This document shows, piece by piece, positions 1-9,040 of a stretch of 24,000 nucleotides of DNA. The translations under genes were made by a program, and so were the position numbers. Position 1 is the stretch's first letter. Each line of letters starts with the position of its first letter. Source of the stretch: an uncultured beta proteobacterium (GTDB taxonomy: Bacteria; Pseudomonadota; Gammaproteobacteria; Burkholderiales; JAEUMW01); the NCBI GenBank assembly GCA_963747225.1, contig CAVVES010000026.1, positions 72,449-96,448 of the forward strand. The letters run 5' to 3'. Under the pieces are notes generated by a model. That model saw only the letters and a program-made list of their open reading frames with translations. It was not told the origin of the DNA and made no database searches.

Positions 1-306
1 CTAGCGAAAGGAGCGATGCACGATGATCTTTCGGGGTTGCTGCGCAGCGTCACGGCGAATGTGTTCACGGGGAGCGGGGGTGCGGAGGCACGGGACGCGG
101 CTAGGTTAGGAACAGCAGGCAGTACAGGCCAGATGCTCGCAGCGGCCGCGGATGGAGAGGCGCCGGACGTGGTAGAGCGATGGAAGGCGGTGAACGCAGG
201 CGCGGTGGACCGCGTCACGCGCCTCATTAGCGAACTGCGTACCGCGGCCTCGGCGGATGTGTCGATGCTGTCGGTAGCGTTACGGGAGTTGCGCAACCTC
301 GCTTAG
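1..306 (+). CDS. C-terminal end of a probable NAD-specific glutamate dehydrogenase, 5'-truncated by the window edge
   Basis: Frame 1 is open from base 1 (LAKGAMHDDLSGLLRSV...) to TAG at 304-306; the tail ...MLSVALRELRNLA resembles the large bacterial NAD-GDH C-terminus. Short fragment, so the assignment is moderate. Confidence 0.5.
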   Translation, partial: LAKGAMHDDLSGLLRSVTANVFTGSGGAEARDAARLGTAGSTGQMLAAAADGEAPDVVERWKAVNAGAVDRVTRLISELRTAASADVSMLSVALRELRNLA

Positions 307-387
307 AGCGCGAGACTCTGATCCACTGTTTGCCGCGACAAAGCACGGATGCTCGCGGTTTGAAGCATTCGCGATTGTCGTGTTCGA

Positions 388-696
388 ATGGGAGTCATGG
401 AGAATTCACCGGAGGATCTGGGACTCATCGAGGCGCTGATCATCGACCTCGAAAAGACCAAGTTGCCGAGAGCGATGGACATCAAGGAAAAAGTCGATCG
501 GGGCGAGCGCCTGGACGAATTCGACACGGCGTTCCTCGAGGATGCCTTCGCCGCTGAAACGAAGGTCGATGCGATCAGCGAGCGACACGCCGAATACCAG
601 GCGCTGGCCGCGCGCATGTCGCACCTGTACAAGGAAATCACGGAAAAAGCTCTGGCGAACGAAGAGCGGCCCGAACTTATGAAGAAGACCCAGTAG
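388..696 (+). CDS. small conserved-looking hypothetical protein (~100 aa, acidic, helical)
   Basis: ORF of 102 aa with coherent composition (MENSPEDLGLIEALIIDLEKTKLPRAMDIKEKVDRGERLDEFD...); start may be the Met at 397. Confidence 0.55.
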   Translation: MGVMENSPEDLGLIEALIIDLEKTKLPRAMDIKEKVDRGERLDEFDTAFLEDAFAAETKVDAISERHAEYQALAARMSHLYKEITEKALANEERPELMKKTQ

Positions 697-785
697 CCTC
701 GCTTGCGCGGCTTTCGAGGTTGCAGGGCCCGGAGGGCATCCGGCGACGAGACGCATGCTCGAGCCAATGCCGCGACGCGCTTCCG

Positions 786-2012
786 CTACTTCCGGTTCCC
801 CGCAATTGCCTCGATGCGCATCCGCAGCGCGTTCAGGCGGATGAAGCCCCCCGCGTCGGCCTGGTTGTATGCGCCCTTGTCATCCTCGAATGTGGCGATG
901 GTCGGGTCGAACAGTGAATCGCTCTTCGAGTCGCGTCCCACCACGCTGACGCCGCCCTTGTAGAGCTTCAGCCGCACCCACCCGTTGACGTGCTGCTGCG
1001 TGTGATCGATGAGCACCTGCAGCGCTTTCCGCTCCGGGCTCCACCAGTAGCCGTTGTAGATCAGGCTCGCGTAGCGGGGCATGAGGTCATCCTTCAGGTG
1101 CGCGACTTCGCGGTCGAGGCAAACGGATTCGATGCCGCGATGGGCTTTGAGCATGATCGTGCCGCCGGGCGTTTCGTAGCAGCCGCGCGACTTCATCCCG
1201 ACGTAGCGGTTTTCCACAAGGTCGAGACGGCCGATGCCGTGCTCGCCGCCGAGGCGATTCAATTCGGTCAGGACGGTGGCCGGTGTCATGCGCGTTCCAT
1301 TCAGCGCAACGATGTCGCCTTTTTCGTATTCGACGTCGAGATACTCCGGGACGTCGGGCGCCTGTTCGGGCGATACCGTCCAGCGCCACATGGATTCCTC
1401 GGCTTCGGCTGCCGGGTCTTCCAGATGACGCCCCTCGAAGCTGATGTGCAGCAGGTTCGCATCCATGGAATACGGCGATCCGCCAGCCTTGTGTTTCATC
1501 TCGATGGGAATGCCGTGCTGCTCGGCATAAGCGAGCAGCTTCTCGCGCGAGAGCAGGTCCCACTCGCGCCACGGAGCGATCACCCTGATGTTGGGCTCGA
1601 GCGCGTAGTAGCCGAGCTCGAAGCGGACCTGATCGTTGCCTTTGCCCGTTGCGCCGTGAGCCACCGCATCGGCGTCGGTCTCGCGTGCGATCTCGATCTG
1701 GCGCTTCGCAATCAGCGGACGCGCGATGGAAGTGCCGAGCAGGTATTCGCCTTCGTAGATCGCGTTTGCCCGGAACATCGGGAACACGAAGTCGCGCACG
1801 AACTCCTCGCGCACGTCGTCGATGAAGATATGCTCCGGCTTGATGCCGAACTGCAGCGCCTTTTTGCGCGCGGGCTCGAGCTCTTCACCCTGGCCGAGAT
1901 CGGCGGTGAAGGTCACCACCTCGCACCGGTAGGTATCCTGCAGCCACTTGAGGATGACCGAGGTGTCGAGTCCGCCGGAATAGGCGAGGACGGCTTTCTT
2001 GATCTGAGACAT
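786..2012 (-). CDS. argG: argininosuccinate synthase
   Basis: [26 protein letters not shown]... ATP-PPi loop [22 protein letters not shown]-type motif and full-length homology pattern; start set at MSQIKK (ORF track extends to 2054). Confidence 0.97.
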   Translation of the reverse strand: MSQIKKAVLAYSGGLDTSVILKWLQDTYRCEVVTFTADLGQGEELEPARKKALQFGIKPEHIFIDDVREEFVRDFVFPMFRANAIYEGEYLLGTSIARPLIAKRQIEIARETDADAVAHGATGKGNDQVRFELGYYALEPNIRVIAPWREWDLLSREKLLAYAEQHGIPIEMKHKAGGSPYSMDANLLHISFEGRHLEDPAAEAEESMWRWTVSPEQAPDVPEYLDVEYEKGDIVALNGTRMTPATVLTELNRLGGEHGIGRLDLVENRYVGMKSRGCYETPGGTIMLKAHRGIESVCLDREVAHLKDDLMPRYASLIYNGYWWSPERKALQVLIDHTQQHVNGWVRLKLYKGGVSVVGRDSKSDSLFDPTIATFEDDKGAYNQADAGGFIRLNALRMRIEAIAGNRK

Positions 2013-2104
2013 GTCTGCTCTTCGGAGTTGAGATAAGGGAACAACGGCCGACAAGGACGCGAGGCGCCGGCGTTACTTCGTGTCAGCGCGACCGAGGCGG
2101 GGAG

Positions 2105-2423
2105 TGCCTTCTCTGTATGTGGACGAGGCGGGAGCCGGCTGCTGCGCTTAACCTGCCCGCCCACGCTTGGTTAGGTTCGCCTGCGCCCAATCCCTCATTT
2201 CGGATCCAACGGCCGAGCACCAGATACTCCAGTAGCACCTTCTGCGTGTGAAATCGATTTTGGCTCCGGCCGCTACGCTTAACGTTCGCGAAGCTCACGT
2301 GAGCCTGCGCCGAAAGCGCCCGCACGTTGTCGTTCATGGTGCCTCTACCCGACCGAGCACGAGATACTCCAATAGTGCCTTTTGGGTGTGCAGGCAATTT
2401 TGGCTCCGGCCGCTGCGCTTAAC
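2105..2423 (-). repeat. degenerate direct-repeat array derived in part from the argF 3' end (about 130-150 bp spacing)
   Basis: Shared box ATTTTGGCTCCGGCCGCT[A/G]CGCTTAAC (+ strand) at 2257-2283 and 2397-2423 (one mismatch, 140 bp spacing) and a degenerate form at 2134-2152. Adjacent argF-tail-like blocks encode FHTQKVLLEYLVLGR and LHTQKALLEYLVLGRVEA on the minus strand, compared with the ArgF tail LHTQKALLEFLVLGRVEA. Confidence 0.9.
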
Positions 2424-2485
2424 TTGGTCGCGCCTGCAGTCGACCAAGTTAGCCTGCATCCAAACCGACTCCACCCGAGCCCTGG

Positions 2486-3409
2486 TCATGCTTCCACTCG
2501 TCCTAACACCAGAAACTCCAGCAGCGCCTTTTGCGTGTGGAGGCGGTTTTCCGCTTCGTCCCACACCACGCTCTGTGGACCGTCGATCACTTCTGCAGCG
2601 ACTTCCTCGCCGCGATGCGCTGGCAGACAATGCATGAAGAGCGCATTCGGGCTGGCGAGGTGCATCATCTCGGCATCGACGCGCCAGTGCTCGAAGTCGC
2701 GGCGCCGCTCCTCGTTCTGGGCTTCGAAGCCCATGCTGGTCCACACATCGGTCGTGACGAGGTCCGCCCCTCGGGCGGCATCGTGGGGATCGTCGAATTC
2801 CTCGTAGTGACCGTCGCCATAGAGTCCCGCCCGCTCCGGCTCCACCGCGTAACCGGGAGGCGTGGAGACGTGCACGTTGAAGTCCAGGACTTCGGCTGCC
2901 TGCAGCCATGTGTTGCAGACGTTGTTCGAGTCTCCGATCCACGCGACAGTCCGGCCAGCGATCGGTCCGCGGTGATCGACGAAGGTAAAGATGTCCGCCA
3001 TGATCTGGCACGGATGATATTCGTTCGTGAGTCCGTTGATGACGGGTACGCGGGAGTGGCCCGCGAAGCGCTCGACGATCGCCTGCTCGAAGGTGCGGAT
3101 CATCACGACGTCGACCATGCGCGAGATAACCTGCGCTGCGTCTTCCACGGGCTCGCCGCGGCCAAGTTGCGTGTCACGGGTGTTGAGATAGACTGCCGCG
3201 CCGCCGAGCTGATGCATTCCCGCCTCGAACGACAGCCGGGTGCGCGTGGACTGCTTCTCGAAGATCATCGCCAGCGTGCGATCTTCAAGCGGCCAGTAGC
3301 GCTGGTAGGACTTGAAGCGCTCCCGGATCCAGCGCGTGCGATCGAACAGGTACTCGAACTCTTCGCGCGCGAGATCCTTGAACTGCAGAAAATGGCGGAT
3401 CGGACGCAT
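2486..3409 (-). CDS. argF: ornithine carbamoyltransferase
   Basis: MRPIRHFLQFKDLAREEFEYLF..., FEKQSTRTRLSFEAGMHQLGG (STRTR), FMHCLPAHRGEEVAAEV (HCLPAHRG), DEAENRLHTQKALLEFLVLG tail. Confidence 0.96.
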   Translation of the reverse strand: MRPIRHFLQFKDLAREEFEYLFDRTRWIRERFKSYQRYWPLEDRTLAMIFEKQSTRTRLSFEAGMHQLGGAAVYLNTRDTQLGRGEPVEDAAQVISRMVDVVMIRTFEQAIVERFAGHSRVPVINGLTNEYHPCQIMADIFTFVDHRGPIAGRTVAWIGDSNNVCNTWLQAAEVLDFNVHVSTPPGYAVEPERAGLYGDGHYEEFDDPHDAARGADLVTTDVWTSMGFEAQNEERRRDFEHWRVDAEMMHLASPNALFMHCLPAHRGEEVAAEVIDGPQSVVWDEAENRLHTQKALLEFLVLGRVEA

Positions 3410-3428
3410 CCCGGAAGCGCGCTGCCGC

Positions 3429-4625
3429 TCAATGCGCAGCGGCGACGGCGGCTGGCACCGCCAGAAAGTCGGCTACCAGCGGCACGAGAGTTTCGAGCAG
3501 TTGCAGCACTTCGGCCTCGGAGATGACGAGCGGCGGGACCAGGCGGATCACGGTGTCTGCGGTGACATTGATGAGCAAGCCGCGGCCCAGAGCGAGCTTC
3601 ACCAGTTCGCCGCAGGGACGGTCGAGCTCGATGCCGATCATGAGGCCCTGGCCGCGAATGTCTTTCACACCCTCCGTCCCCGCAAGTCTCTCGGCGACAC
3701 CGGTGCGGATCAGCTCTCCCATCCTGTTGGCGTTCGCCAGCAGCCCTTCGGTTTCAATGGTTTCGAGCGTGGCAAGGGACGCAGCGCACACGAGCGGGTT
3801 GCCGCCGAAGGTGGAGCCATGGGTGCCAGGCTTGAAGGTGCCTGCGGCGGGACCGGCAGCGAGACACGCGCCGATCGGCAACCCACCGCCGAGTCCCTTG
3901 GCGAGGGTGATCACGTCGGGACGGATGCCCGTGTGCTGGAAACCGAACCACTTTCCGGTGCGGCCGATGCCAGTCTGCACTTCGTCCAGCATCAACAGCC
4001 ACCCGTTGGCGTCGCAGATCGCACGCAGCCGGGGCAGATAGTCCGCGGCGGGTATGCGCACGCCGCCTTCGCCCTGGATGGGTTCCACCAGCACCGCCAC
4101 CACGTTCTTGTTGTGCGCCGCCACTTGCTCGACGGAGGCAACGTCGCCATAGGGGACACGCGCAAAACCGGTGAGCAGCGGCTCGAAACCCGCCTGCACC
4201 TTGCGCGAGCCGGTGGCCGTCAGCGTCGCCATGGTGCGGCCGTGGAAGCTGTGCTCCATGACGATGACGGTCGGCACCTCGATTTCCTTCCGATGGCCGA
4301 CCATGCGGGCGAGCTTGATCGCCGCCTCGTTTGCTTCGGCGCCCGAATTGCAGAAGAACGCCTCCTCCATGCCAGACAGGGTGCAAAGCTTTGCGGCGAG
4401 CTGTTCCTGGCGCTTGATGCGGTAGATGTTGGAGGTATGGATGAGCGTGGCCGCCTGCTCCGCAACCGCCTTCACGAGGCGCGGGTGCGCGTGGCCGAGC
4501 GCGCACACCGCAACGCCCGCGAGCGCGTCCAGATAGCGCTTGCCGGATTCGTCCCAGAGCCAGACGCCCTGACCGCGCTCGAAGGCGAGCGGCAGACGGG
4601 CGTAGTTGTTCATCAGATTCGCCAT
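3429..4625 (-). CDS. argD: acetylornithine/succinyldiaminopimelate aminotransferase
   Basis: Class-III aminotransferase: FFCNSGAEANEAAIKLAR, MLDEVQTGIGRTGKWFGFQHTGIRPDVITLAKGLGGGLPIGA, GSTFGGNPLVCAA. Confidence 0.95.
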   Translation of the reverse strand: MANLMNNYARLPLAFERGQGVWLWDESGKRYLDALAGVAVCALGHAHPRLVKAVAEQAATLIHTSNIYRIKRQEQLAAKLCTLSGMEEAFFCNSGAEANEAAIKLARMVGHRKEIEVPTVIVMEHSFHGRTMATLTATGSRKVQAGFEPLLTGFARVPYGDVASVEQVAAHNKNVVAVLVEPIQGEGGVRIPAADYLPRLRAICDANGWLLMLDEVQTGIGRTGKWFGFQHTGIRPDVITLAKGLGGGLPIGACLAAGPAAGTFKPGTHGSTFGGNPLVCAASLATLETIETEGLLANANRMGELIRTGVAERLAGTEGVKDIRGQGLMIGIELDRPCGELVKLALGRGLLINVTADTVIRLVPPLVISEAEVLQLLETLVPLVADFLAVPAAVAAAH

Positions 4626-4745
4626 GTCATCACCCAGAAAACAAAAGGCACACGGGACACAGGCCGCGTGTGCTCACGTCACATCGGAGTAGGCGATATG
4701 TACCCCAATCGGTCCGGACTCGCAAGTGTGGCGGGCTTTGGTACC

Positions 4746-6731
4746 TCAGTGGGAGAGGCGGTGCAGCGCCTCTTCCTCGCCCGCCTGTAGGACACGCACG
4801 CAGGGCAGGTAGCCCTCGTACAGGATGCCGTGCATCTCGATCTTCTTGGGCGATCGCAGTAGCCCCACGAGGTAATGGACAATCTCCGTGGTCAGCACCT
4901 GGCCGGGAACGAGCACCGGGATTCCCGGCGGATACGGCGTGATCTGATCCGCGGCGACGCGGCCTTCGAGCTTGAGGTTGGGCTGGTCGTTTTCGAGGAG
5001 CAGCGGGACCGGTTCGCCGGCGCAGTAGAACGCGTCGCGGGGCAGGAAGCGCAGCTCGGTGAAGCGCGGCAAGTACGGGGCGGGATACAGCCGCCGCGGC
5101 GCGCGGGCCTCGCGGGCGATGCGCATGAGCGCATCGTAGAGGCGCGAGACCTTGCTCCGGGTCGTGCCAATGGTCAGCAGCAGCGTGAGCGTGTTGAACG
5201 TGGACTTCTCCACCTGAATGTTGAAGCGCTCCAGGAGCTCTCCCTGCAACTCTTCTACGGTAAGGCCACAGGAGGAGATGTCGAGCGTGACCTTGGTCGG
5301 GTCGAGCAGGATGCCGTCGCCCGCGACTTCTTCCGGCAGCAGGTCTTCCAGCTCCAGCACCCGGAACATCCCTGTGGAATTGATCTGCTGGCGCAGCTCA
5401 CGCGCGAGGCCTAGGGTGCGCGCGAGGAGTTTGTAGCCTTCCATGACCGCCTGCTTCCGTCCCACGTCGAGGCTCGCGATGATCGCGTACTGCGGGCTCG
5501 TGGACGTATGCATGTTGAAATTCTCGCGGAAGATATGCTCGTTGAACGCCGGATCGTTCACGTGAATCATGCTCGCCTGCGAGAAGGCGGAAAGCACCTT
5601 GTGGGTCGACTGGGTTGCGTAGTCGGCGCCCGCCTCGAGCGCGGTCGGGCGAAACTCCGGGTGAAACCGCGCGAACGCGTACCAGGCTTCGTCCACCATG
5701 ACCTTGATCCCGTGCGCGTGTGCCGCCTCGACGATCGGCGCGAGGTCGTAGCGCAGGCCGTCGTAGGTGCAGGAGGTGAGCACGATCGCCTGCGCGTCCG
5801 GATGCTCCTCGAACGCGCGCAGGAGCGTCGCTTTCGGCACTGGCCCGTAGATGCCGTAGCGCCGGTTCACCGAGGAGTCGAGGTAGATCGGATGGGCGCC
5901 GGAGAGGATCACTCCGTGGTGGACCGACTTGTGGCAGTTGCGGTCGAGCAGCAGCTTCTCACCGGGAGCGATCAGGGTCTGCAGCATCACCTTGTTCGCT
6001 GTCGAGGTGCCGTTGGTGGCGAAAAATGTGCGGCGCGCGCCGAATGCCTTGGCCGCCATCTTCTGCGCCTCGAGGATGACGCCCCCCGGCTTCATCAGCG
6101 AATCGAGCATGGGCACCGAGACCGAAAGGTCTGCGTCGAACACGTGCTCCCCCATGAACTCGTAGAAGTCGCGCACCCACGGGCTGTCACGCAGGCTGTC
6201 GCCGCTTGAGTGGCCCGGCGAGTGCCACGCGTCCTTCGCCATGAAGACATAGCTCTTTAGCTGGTCGTAGAACGGCGTGCGTGCCTTTTCCTGAATCTGC
6301 GCATTGATGATGCGGTACCAGCCGCGGTAGTCGCGCTCCTCGCGGTAGAAGTACCCATCCACGGCCTCCGCGAGCAGGGCGTCGACCACTTCGTCCTCCG
6401 CCTCCTTCGCGATCAGGATGTACACGTCGAGCTCGGGCCGCAGCCGCGTGATCTTGCGCACGAGCGAGAGCGCGGTCATCTGCAGCGAGCGGCGCGAATT
6501 CTTGCCCTTGCCGTTCGCGAGACTGTACAGCGTATCGTCCACCAGCACCGCCTGCAGGTCGCCGTCGTCCTCGATCGCGCGCAGCGCCTCGCGCGCCGTG
6601 TCGACGCCGGTGAAGCTCACGCCGAGCGGGTTGTCGAGGCTCTTCGCGGCGGCATTGAGACCCTTGATGAGATCTTTCAGGACGAGCGCCTCGTCGTTGA
6701 TCACGAGGACGCGGCTGACCGGCTTGCGCAT
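4746..6731 (-). CDS. Orn/Lys/Arg decarboxylase family protein (group with N-terminal receiver/wing-like domain)
   Basis: MRKPVSRVLVINDEALVLKDLIKG... N-terminal wing; PLP region SCTYDGLRYDLAPIVEAAHAHGIKVMVDEAWYAFARFHPEF...ATQSTHKVLSAFSQASMIHV (SxHK lysine). Substrate not determinable from sequence. ORF track extends in frame to 6845. Confidence 0.92.
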   Translation of the reverse strand: MRKPVSRVLVINDEALVLKDLIKGLNAAAKSLDNPLGVSFTGVDTAREALRAIEDDGDLQAVLVDDTLYSLANGKGKNSRRSLQMTALSLVRKITRLRPELDVYILIAKEAEDEVVDALLAEAVDGYFYREERDYRGWYRIINAQIQEKARTPFYDQLKSYVFMAKDAWHSPGHSSGDSLRDSPWVRDFYEFMGEHVFDADLSVSVPMLDSLMKPGGVILEAQKMAAKAFGARRTFFATNGTSTANKVMLQTLIAPGEKLLLDRNCHKSVHHGVILSGAHPIYLDSSVNRRYGIYGPVPKATLLRAFEEHPDAQAIVLTSCTYDGLRYDLAPIVEAAHAHGIKVMVDEAWYAFARFHPEFRPTALEAGADYATQSTHKVLSAFSQASMIHVNDPAFNEHIFRENFNMHTSTSPQYAIIASLDVGRKQAVMEGYKLLARTLGLARELRQQINSTGMFRVLELEDLLPEEVAGDGILLDPTKVTLDISSCGLTVEELQGELLERFNIQVEKSTFNTLTLLLTIGTTRSKVSRLYDALMRIAREARAPRRLYPAPYLPRFTELRFLPRDAFYCAGEPVPLLLENDQPNLKLEGRVAADQITPYPPGIPVLVPGQVLTTEIVHYLVGLLRSPKKIEMHGILYEGYLPCVRVLQAGEEEALHRLSH

Positions 6732-6745
6732 GGAATGAGGCTGCG

Positions 6746-6766
6746 AAAAAAGGCGCTTTATGCGCC
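6746..6766 (-). promoter_or_regulatory. terminator-like hairpin in the leader of the decarboxylase gene (possible attenuator)
   Basis: Minus strand reads GGCGC-ATAAA-GCGCC-TTTTTT, 5 bp all-GC stem followed by six T, 15 nt upstream of ATG at 6731. Confidence 0.4.
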
Positions 6767-6863
6767 AATTCCGCCGCCGAGGCAACTTTCGCCGGGGACG
6801 GAATTTACGCCGCTGCCCGAGGTCCGACATTCGACCGCCGCGCAAACCCGGTATATTCCCGCT

Positions 6864-8270
6864 ATGGCTCGCTCGCTGCTCGACTTTGCTTTCGCGCTGC
6901 TCACCCTCCCCCTGTTCGCTCCCGCGTGGGCGGCCGATGTGCCGGCACCAGTCGCCGTGCTCGCGATCGAGGGCGCCATCGGGCCCGCAATCGGGGACTT
7001 CATCGAGCGCGGGCTAGCCAAAGCGCAGAAGAGCGGCGCTCAGCTCGTGGTGCTCAAAATGGACACGCCAGGCGGGCTGGATACCTCCATGCGCCAGATC
7101 ATCAAGGACATTCTCGCCTCGCCCGTGCCGGTGGCCGCCTTCGTTGCTCCGAGCGGCGCCCGGGCTGCCAGCGCCGGCACCTACATCCTCTATGCGAGCC
7201 ACGTTGCTGCCATGGCTCCCGGCACGAATCTCGGCGCAGCGACGCCCGTGAACATCGGTGGCGCGCCGGGAACCGAGCCGCAGCAGCCCAAACCCAAGGA
7301 TGCAGGCGACAAGGGCAAGGATGAAAAGGACAAGAACGACAAGGCGAAGGAGGCCGACAAGGAAGCCAAGGTGCCGGCCAACGAGGAGGCCATGCGCTCG
7401 AAGCAGGTCAACGATGCATCGGCCTACATCCGGGGTCTCGCCCAGATGCGCGGGCGCAACGCCGAGTGGGCGGAAAAGGCGGTGCGCGAATCGGTGAGTC
7501 TGTCGGCGACGGAGGCGCTGCAGATGAAGGTGATCGACTTGATCGCTGCCGACGTACCCGACCTGCTCAAGCAGGTGAACGGGCGCAAGGTGTCTGCGGC
7601 CGGAGCCGAACGCACGCTCAACACCGGAAAGGCACCGGTCGAGACCATCGTCGCCGATTGGCGCACGAAGCTGCTTGCGGTCATCACCGATCCGAGCGTC
7701 GCGTACATCCTGCTGCTGATCGGCGTCTACGGCCTCTTCTTCGAGTTCTACAATCCCGGCTTCGTGCTGCCGGGCGTGGTCGGCGCGATCGCGCTCGTCA
7801 CCGCGCTCTTCGCGCTGCAGATGCTTCCTGTCAGCTATGCGGGGCTGGGTCTGCTGATACTCGGCATCGCATTCATGGTCGCCGAGACGTTCATGCCGAG
7901 CTTCGGCGCGCTCGGCATCGGCGGTGTGATCGCGTTCGTGCTGGGCTCCGTGATGCTGATCGACACCGACGTGCCCGGCTACGATATTCCGTGGACGGTG
8001 ATCGGAACCGTGACGGCGGTCAGCGCCTTCTTCGTGCTCGTGGTGGTCGGCATGGCGGTGAAGGCGCGGCGCCGCCCGGTGCTGACGGGTAAGGAAGAGT
8101 TGCTCGGCAGCACCGGCGAAATGGTGGAGGACGCCGAACCCGAGGGATTCGCTCTCGTGCGGGGAGAGACTTGGCGCGTGCGCGGAGCCGGCCGCCTGCA
8201 CAAGGGACAAAAGGTCCGCGTCGTGGGCGTGCGCGGTTTGCTGCTCGACGTTGTCGTTGAGGAAAGCTGA
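6864..8270 (+). CDS. NfeD-like nodulation formation efficiency protein, ClpP-class membrane serine protease
   Basis: Signal peptide, [48 protein letters not shown], four C-terminal TM segments and a terminal NfeD OB-type domain ([25 protein letters not shown]). Confidence 0.92.
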   Translation: MARSLLDFAFALLTLPLFAPAWAADVPAPVAVLAIEGAIGPAIGDFIERGLAKAQKSGAQLVVLKMDTPGGLDTSMRQIIKDILASPVPVAAFVAPSGARAASAGTYILYASHVAAMAPGTNLGAATPVNIGGAPGTEPQQPKPKDAGDKGKDEKDKNDKAKEADKEAKVPANEEAMRSKQVNDASAYIRGLAQMRGRNAEWAEKAVRESVSLSATEALQMKVIDLIAADVPDLLKQVNGRKVSAAGAERTLNTGKAPVETIVADWRTKLLAVITDPSVAYILLLIGVYGLFFEFYNPGFVLPGVVGAIALVTALFALQMLPVSYAGLGLLILGIAFMVAETFMPSFGALGIGGVIAFVLGSVMLIDTDVPGYDIPWTVIGTVTAVSAFFVLVVVGMAVKARRRPVLTGKEELLGSTGEMVEDAEPEGFALVRGETWRVRGAGRLHKGQKVRVVGVRGLLLDVVVEES

Positions 8271-8281
8271 GGAGTCATACA

Positions 8282-9040
8282 ATGTTTGCAGGATTTGGAC
8301 TGGGCGGCATTGTTATCATCGTCGTTATCATCATCTTCGCCTCGCTGCGGGTACTGCGGGAATACGAGCGCGGCGTGGTATTCCAACTTGGTCGCTTCTG
8401 GAAGGTGAAGGGCCCGGGCCTGATTCTGATCATCCCCGGCATCCAGCAGATGGTGCGGGTGGACTTGCGGACGGTCACGATGGATGTGCCGAGCCAGGAC
8501 GTGATCTCGCGCGACAACGTGTCGGTGAAGGTGAACGCGGTGCTCTATTTCCGCGTGGTGGACCCGCAGAAGGCGATCATCAACGTGGAGAACTATCTCC
8601 TCGCCACGAGTCAGCTCGCGCAGACGATGCTGCGTTCCATCCTCGGCAAGCACGAGCTCGACGACATGCTCGCCGAGCGAGAGAAACTGAATCTCGCGAT
8701 CCAGAAGGCGCTCGATGCGCAGACCGACAGCTGGGGCATCAAGGTGGCGAACGTCGAGATCAAGAACGTCGACTTGAACGAGAACATGGTGCGGGCCATC
8801 GCGAAGCAGGCGGAGGCGGAGCGGGAGCGGCGCGCCAAGGTCATCCACGCCGAAGGCGAGCTGCAGGCGTCGGAGAAGCTCGCGCAGGCCGCAGAAGTGC
8901 TCGCTCGCGTGCCCTCGTCGCTGCAACTGCGCTACCTGGAAACGCTCACTACGATCGCTGCGGACAAGAACTCGACCATCGTCTTCCCGCTGCCGATCGA
9001 TCTGATCTCGACTCTGCTGAAGGGCCACAAGGAAGGCTGA
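8282..9040 (+). CDS. slipin / stomatin-like SPFH (band 7) protein
   Basis: N-terminal TM then [71 protein letters not shown]; starts 11 bp after the NfeD-like ORF stop, a typical pair. Confidence 0.94.
   Translation: MFAGFGLGGIVIIVVIIIFASLRVLREYERGVVFQLGRFWKVKGPGLILIIPGIQQMVRVDLRTVTMDVPSQDVISRDNVSVKVNAVLYFRVVDPQKAIINVENYLLATSQLAQTMLRSILGKHELDDMLAEREKLNLAIQKALDAQTDSWGIKVANVEIKNVDLNENMVRAIAKQAEAERERRAKVIHAEGELQASEKLAQAAEVLARVPSSLQLRYLETLTTIAADKNSTIVFPLPIDLISTLLKGHKEG

Noticed and set aside
990-2036. Long plus-strand ORF (348 aa) opposite argG
   Set aside because: Antisense shadow of a GC-rich conserved gene; no recognisable protein pattern, while argG is unambiguous.
2334-3011. 225-aa minus ORF overlapping argF in another frame
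   Set aside because: Most of it is an out-of-frame reading of argF; only the terminal LHTQKALLEYLVLGRVEAP part is meaningful and is treated as a displaced argF tail.
3312-4790. 492-aa plus-strand ORF opposite argD
   Set aside because: Shadow ORF with low-information Arg/His/Gly-rich text; argD on the minus strand has diagnostic motifs.
7014-8282. 422-aa minus-strand ORF opposite the NfeD-like gene
   Set aside because: Shadow ORF; the plus strand encodes a clear NfeD-like protease.
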